A stretch of DNA of 23,877 bases from positions 1 to 23,877 of the forward strand of contig DATGZA010000058.1 of assembly GCA_035297365.1 (NCBI GenBank), written 5' to 3'. The position numbers and the translations under genes were made by a program. This document shows positions 19,695 to 23,877 of this stretch, in pieces. The notes below the pieces were generated by a model that worked only from the letters and a program-made list of their open reading frames with translations, was not told the origin of the DNA and did not search any database. The DNA comes from Nitrososphaeraceae archaeon (GTDB taxonomy: Archaea; Thermoproteota; Nitrososphaeria; Nitrososphaerales; Nitrososphaeraceae). Position 1 is the first letter of the stretch. Each line of letters starts with the position of its first letter.

Positions 19695-20405
19695 TTAAGG
19701 CATATGTTCTGGTGGTATATCCACACATGTTGCAAATGCTTGTATACTAACCTGAGAACCTGATAGTGGTGATTGGGTTGATACAAACCATTTGTTATCA
19801 AGATTCGGAGGAGGATCTATTGGTAATTGAAAGGAATCTAGAAAATTGTCATTAGTTAGAACACCGGTAAAATGAAATCCGCCATTTAATAAAAGATCTT
19901 CAGGGTCACATTCTGCTATAGATGATATAACTTGACCCTCAGCACCTATATCTGTAGTAGGATTTTCTCCAAGCACTCTATATATTTTAAGATCTTCAAA
20001 AGAGGGACCTCCTGGAATCTCCAAATTACAGACCATTGGTGAGGTTACAAAGAATCCTTTAAACTGTCCAGTTTTACAGACAAATTTGTGATCTTTGGTT
20101 GGGTGTTTACTATAATCTTTATGATAATTATCTCCATATTTATCAGCAAATTCTAATTTTATATTCGAATCATAACCGTCGTCATCATAATCGTTGTAGT
20201 CTTGGTTATAATAATTGTTATCCTCATATCCGCGTTGATAGTCGTCTTGGTAATAGTTGTTATTATCATCATATCCATACTGGCCGTAGTACATTTGTGC
20301 AACTGCATTTGTAATTGTTGACGGGTTTAGAGCCAATAGTCCTGTCGCTAATATTGCTGCCAATATAGAGGCAAAAACTATCATTCTGTTGTTACTATTG
20401 CTCAT
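19695..20405 (-). CDS. Exported Tyr/Asp/Asn-rich protein of a Nitrososphaeraceae surface-protein family
   Basis: Signal peptide ending AVAQ, a Y/D/N low-complexity tract, the motif YSKHPTKDHKFVCKTGQFKGFFV....C, and a C-terminal AECDPEDLLLNGGF...AFATC domain. Confidence 0.88.
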   Translation of the reverse strand: MSNSNNRMIVFASILAAILATGLLALNPSTITNAVAQMYYGQYGYDDNNNYYQDDYQRGYEDNNYYNQDYNDYDDDGYDSNIKLEFADKYGDNYHKDYSKHPTKDHKFVCKTGQFKGFFVTSPMVCNLEIPGGPSFEDLKIYRVLGENPTTDIGAEGQVISSIAECDPEDLLLNGGFHFTGVLTNDNFLDSFQLPIDPPPNLDNKWFVSTQSPLSGSQVSIQAFATCVDIPPEHMP

Positions 20406-20488
20406 TACATTGTTAAAAGTGAATTTAATATATCTATGGTTAGAAGGAACATTATCTACTCTTGTAATATTTCAAGACTCTGAATTAT
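20390..20488 (-). promoter_or_regulatory. Duplicated promoter/start region, copy 2
   Basis: Homologous to 19451-19549. Confidence 0.7.
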
Positions 20489-20614
20489 CTAATGTAAGAA
20501 GAATAGAAAATAATGTTAAAGTAGAAAACAAAATCTCTTCCTCACATATTTTCTAATAGACAGGTTAATAGAATAATATTATCTTAATCTAGTCATCTAT
20601 CTGGTCATGTATGA

Positions 20615-20695
20615 TGGACCCTAGAAAACACCTGGCCCGTCGGGAGTAGAGCCTTCCATGTAGTAGAGTTCTACTACATAGTATTTAGCTTTTAT
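20615..20695 (-). repeat. Site 9 (left arm, core, type B right arm)
   Basis: tggaccctagaaaacacctggcccgtcgggagtagagccttccatgtagtagagttctactacatagtatttagcttttat. Confidence 0.9.
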
Positions 20696-20847
20696 CATCA
20701 AGAAGTTAGAAAGTAAAATAATTGTACAATAATCGACTAATCTTCATTTGGTTCGATAGAATCACCTAAAAATTTCAACACAATTCTTTTTCTTTTCTAT
20801 CAAATATGAAATACTGTTTTATACAACATATGAAATAAAGCAGTTTA

Positions 20848-21033
20848 TTGGAACAGAGAAGAATAGGAATAATTTTCATGGTCTTAGGCGCTGTCATATT
20901 GGTAATTCCGTTAATTATAACTATAACAGAGAGTTCCATTCGAATATTTGTTCCAATGATTGCGTTAATACTTTTACTTTTTGGTTTTCCAATAATATTA
21001 AGTAGTAAGAAAGACAAGAATATAGAAAATTAG
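20848..21033 (+). CDS. Small two-helix membrane protein
   Basis: TTG start, two hydrophobic helices with basic flanks (QRR...; SKKDK). Confidence 0.6.
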   Translation: MEQRRIGIIFMVLGAVILVIPLIITITESSIRIFVPMIALILLLFGFPIILSSKKDKNIEN

Positions 21034-21074
21034 ATAAATACAAACAAAATCTCTACCATAATGAATATAGAGAA

Positions 21075-21143
21075 TAATACCGATAGCGGTTCTAAAATAA
21101 GAGTATGTTGTAGATATACTATTACATTGTATTTAGCTTTTAT
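21075..21143 (-). repeat. Site 10 (type A right arm only, core lost)
   Basis: taataccgatagcggttctaaaataagagta...ctattacattgtatttagcttttat. Confidence 0.8.
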
Positions 21144-21182
21144 TAAGAACTATTATAAAAATCAAAATTTTCTGGGATATAA

Positions 21183-21261
21183 TGAATCCGAGAAAAGTAA
21201 TACTCCTCGGGAGTAGAATCTTCCATATAGTAGGGTTCTACGACATCATATTTAGCTTTTT
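21183..21261 (-). repeat. Site 11 (left arm, degenerate core, type B right arm)
   Basis: tgaatccgagaaaagtaatactcctcgggagtagaatcttccatatagtagggttctacgacatcatatttagcttttt. Confidence 0.85.
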
Positions 21262-21401
21262 AGTAATATAATAGTATTATCAATTTATTATATCTTTCAA
21301 AAATGATAAGGAAATAGAATTTTATTAAATTTATAATAATTTACGGCTCCCTTGGTAAAGTAGCAGTTATATTATAAAATTCTATTATGTTTCTGTGCCA
21401 A

Positions 21402-21780
21402 CTATTTACAGAAATTATGTGCTTCTGACATACTAGGACTATTGTTAGTAGGATGAATATGTTGTTCTTGTAGTTCAAATTCCATAGGTCCCATCTTTGC
21501 TTTTTTTATTTCTGGAATTAATAAGATAAACAAAATAATTCCCAATGTTACTAAATAACCTTCTGATATATCCATAAGTTGTGTTTCTTTTGCAGTATTT
21601 GTAGCGGTGTTGGGAGTATTCGTAGTAGTGTTTGGAGTATATGAAAATAGAATTATATTACTAATAATATGATATGTAATGTAACAGTTGAACCCAATAA
21701 TAATGCAAATAAAGTTATACCAACTATTTTTTTAAATATCGATGACTTCCAGAAGTCCCAGAAATTTTGAAAATGTTGAG
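21402..21780 (-). pseudogene. C-terminal membrane-anchor fragment of a larger protein, truncated next to the IS6 remnant
   Basis: NFWDFWKSSIFKKIVGITLFALLLGSTV, a frameshift, then YTPNTTTNTP...YLVTLGIILFILLIPEIKKAKMGPMEFEL. It has no start. Confidence 0.6.
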
Positions 21781-21781
21781 T

Positions 21782-22069
21782 ACGTGGTATCCTCGGGCAA
21801 GTAACTTTTTAGATTTGAAACATCGATTACATTCACCATAGAAAAGAGTTTGATTGAAAGGGTAATGCAATATTTCAAGGACAGAATTGAATCTTCTGAT
21901 AATTACTATCCTTGTAATAACAATTAATAACAATAACAATAAAGAAAATTGTGGTCTATCACATATATACAATTGGATGAAATTATTTGTATATTTCTAT
22001 AATTCAGAAATGAGAAATGAAACTCTATCCCTTAAATTAGGAGACGAGCCAACTTAAGTTAACAGCACC
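21782..22069 (+). mobile_element. IS6-family remnant (transposase C-terminus and right end)
   Basis: TWYPRASNFLDLKHRLHSP / EKSLIERVMQYFKDRIES.DNYYPC...CGLSHIYNWMKLF with stops and frameshifts. The end reads GGTGCTGTTAAC on the minus strand, like IS6 GGYNCTGT termini. Confidence 0.8.
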
Positions 22070-22138
22070 CTGTTAACTATCTACAACGATTAATAATATT
22101 GAAAGAAATGACCAAATCAAGAAAATGCACAATTAATA

Positions 22139-22783
22139 TTACATTCCACCTCTTCTTTTCAAGAGTTTAAAAGCAATGTTTGGTCCCATTTTCTGTCTAA
22201 TGACCAATTCAATCCACAATAACGCCAATTGTTCCAGCAGTCTTGCATTAATAAGAGGACCAACATCTACAACATCAAAACCTACTTCTTTTGCTAATTT
22301 CGTTACTACGGATTTTGCTTTAAAATCGTCTCCGCAAATAAAAGTATCTGCTCTATAAGAATCAAATTGGAGGTCATTCATAGTCTTCGCACCTATGGCA
22401 TTAAATGCTTTCACCACCTTAGAACTTTTACACCATCTTGCAATCTCTTCAGCAGCTGATGTTGAAGGTTCGACTACTAAACTTTTTAGATCTTTACTAA
22501 TTGGATTAGTAAGATCCACCAAGATCTTTTCAGATAAATCTCCAGCATTTTCGATAGTTTCTTTTGCTGCCTCCCAAGGTACGCACAATACTACTACATC
22601 TCCAAACGAAGCTGCTTCGCTAATGATTCCAACTTTAATATCGGAGCCTAGAGATTTTAACATATTTTGAACTTTAGAACTATTGATGTTTCTAACTCCA
22701 AAGACAACCTGATTTCCTTTTCTTATCCATCTATTTCCCAGAGTGCTGCCAACATCACCAGCTCCAATAATTCCGATTTTCAT
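22139..22783 (-). CDS. NADPH-dependent F420 reductase family oxidoreductase
   Basis: Rossmann MKIGIIGAGDVG, VVLCVPW, KILVDLTNP, VVKAFN, ICGDD..AK..V..L...VGFDVVDVGPL..AR.LE. Confidence 0.92.
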   Translation of the reverse strand: MKIGIIGAGDVGSTLGNRWIRKGNQVVFGVRNINSSKVQNMLKSLGSDIKVGIISEAASFGDVVVLCVPWEAAKETIENAGDLSEKILVDLTNPISKDLKSLVVEPSTSAAEEIARWCKSSKVVKAFNAIGAKTMNDLQFDSYRADTFICGDDFKAKSVVTKLAKEVGFDVVDVGPLINARLLEQLALLWIELVIRQKMGPNIAFKLLKRRGGM

Positions 22784-23140
22784 ATCAATTATCTTGTAGA
22801 TGATCTCTTCCAGTATTTTAGTTGGTCGTTTCCTTTCATTTAAAGTAAAATTTTACTTCTGTAATAAAACTATATACCAATTTTAGGTAAATCATTTTTC
22901 CAGTTTCGATTGACTAGATTTATTTAACTATAATATCGAATCTAAAAAGAAAACTTTGTAAGTAAGAAATACAATACATCATATGACAATAAAATTTGGA
23001 TATGGCTACGACGTGTGCGAGCTGCTATAAGAAGATTCAAGACTATCCAATATATTGTAATATATGTGATGATTATTTTTGTTCTGACCAATGCCACATT
23101 AAAAATCATAATAAACAAGGGGAAAGTTTTTGACTATAAT

Positions 23141-23480
23141 TAGAACCTACCCGAAATTATCCACCTAGAAACAATAATGCTACTTGCTATTTGTACAAGA
23201 CCAAGATAGTTTTCTACCTTCTTTTCATACCTTGTAAACAATTTCCTGTCTCTGTTATGCCATGAATTTGTTATTTCTACAACCCATCTTCTTGCTGGAT
23301 GATATCTTCTCTTACCCGATACTTTTTCTCTTCTATGTCTTATTTGTGATATGTATCCTCTTTTGATAATTTCTTGTTCTACATCTTTGAATGATATACT
23401 TTATCAAGGCTAGGTTCTATTTTTTTGTATTTTTGTCTTTGGATTGTCTTCATGGTGGCTTGATAACTTTACTGTCTAAA
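23141..23480 (-). mobile_element. IS5-family remnant (transposase C-terminus and right end)
   Basis: EQEIIKRGYISQIRHRRE...PARRWVVEITNSWHNRDRKLFTRYEKKVENYLGLVQIA, with an upstream LDK motif out of frame. The probable end is tagaacctacccgaaa at 23141. Confidence 0.85.
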
Positions 23481-23558
23481 TCAAATGGTAACTTTAAAGA
23501 ATTTGAACAGATCTCTTAATGAATCATCTAATTAACTAAGAAATATATCTGTATGATG

Positions 23559-23614
23559 TGGTCCATAGAAAAGTACGGGCCCGTCGGGTTGCGAGGCATT
23601 TTTGCCTCTATTTT
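23559..23614 (-). repeat. Site 12 (left arm, core, type C right arm)
   Basis: tggtccatagaaaagtacgggcccgtcgggttgcgaggcatttttgcctctatttt. Confidence 0.9.
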
Positions 23615-23877
23615 AGAAAGTATATCTATGTTTTCAAATTTTTTAATCTTTTATTCTTTAAAAAATGAGATGATGTTTCTTATGTGATTTAAATATATCT
23701 AATATCTATGAAATTTTGCATAATTGCTTTCTCATTTGAATCGTAAATGTATTTTATTCAATTTTGTTATTTGATTTTAGTTATTATCATCATCGTTATT
23801 ATCTTTGTTATCATTAGAAGTGTTAGGATCAATACATACGTCTGTATCAAGTCCCGCTATTACTCTCGTATTTACAC

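Noticed and set aside
21686-21696. agttgaaccca, resembling the left arm of the sites
   Set aside because: It lies inside the minus-strand pseudogene frame (LLGSTV) and no core follows, so it is probably chance.
18736-22670. ORFs 18736..18927, 20099..20314, 20775..21017, 21724..21972, 22176..22358 and 22395..22670
   Set aside because: Each is antisense to a better-supported gene or IS remnant.
18559-23480. The IS remnants as the source of the repeat family
   Set aside because: Their ends do not resemble the repeat, all three transposases are broken, and most sites have no IS next to them.
5914-23614. Reading the 12 repeats as a CRISPR array or as tRNA genes
   Set aside because: The spacing is irregular and up to kilobases with genes in between, and no copy has D or anticodon arms.

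Overview
Very AT-rich archaeal DNA. The protein families (PLD/TrmB-like-sensor histidine kinase, roadblock-like proteins, BNR-repeat exported protein, MKYRSR-type winged helix, cyclase-REC, IS5/IS6/DDE remnants, F420:NADPH oxidoreductase family) point to an ammonia-oxidising archaeon of the Nitrososphaeraceae; this is an inference from family recognition, not a search. The window is an accessory region with no core housekeeping genes and many pseudogenes. The main signal is 12 co-oriented copies (5914-23614) of a modular intergenic repeat. Its core (+ strand CGGGCCCGTCGGGAGTTGAA) is the reverse complement of a tRNA 3' end (T-loop TTCAACT, T-stem CCCGA, acceptor strand CGGGCCC, discriminator G). 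The core has a conserved left arm that holds the other half of the T-arm, and one of four alternative right arms, three of which contain a palindrome or hairpin. The sites cut the region into gene-bearing segments of about 0.4-2.8 kb plus two nearly empty ones. No segment encodes an integrase, and one gene end is duplicated together with its site. This looks like an integron-like, tRNA-anchored cassette accretion array. A one-spacer CRISPR remnant with no cas genes lies in one segment. All coordinates and alignments were read by eye.
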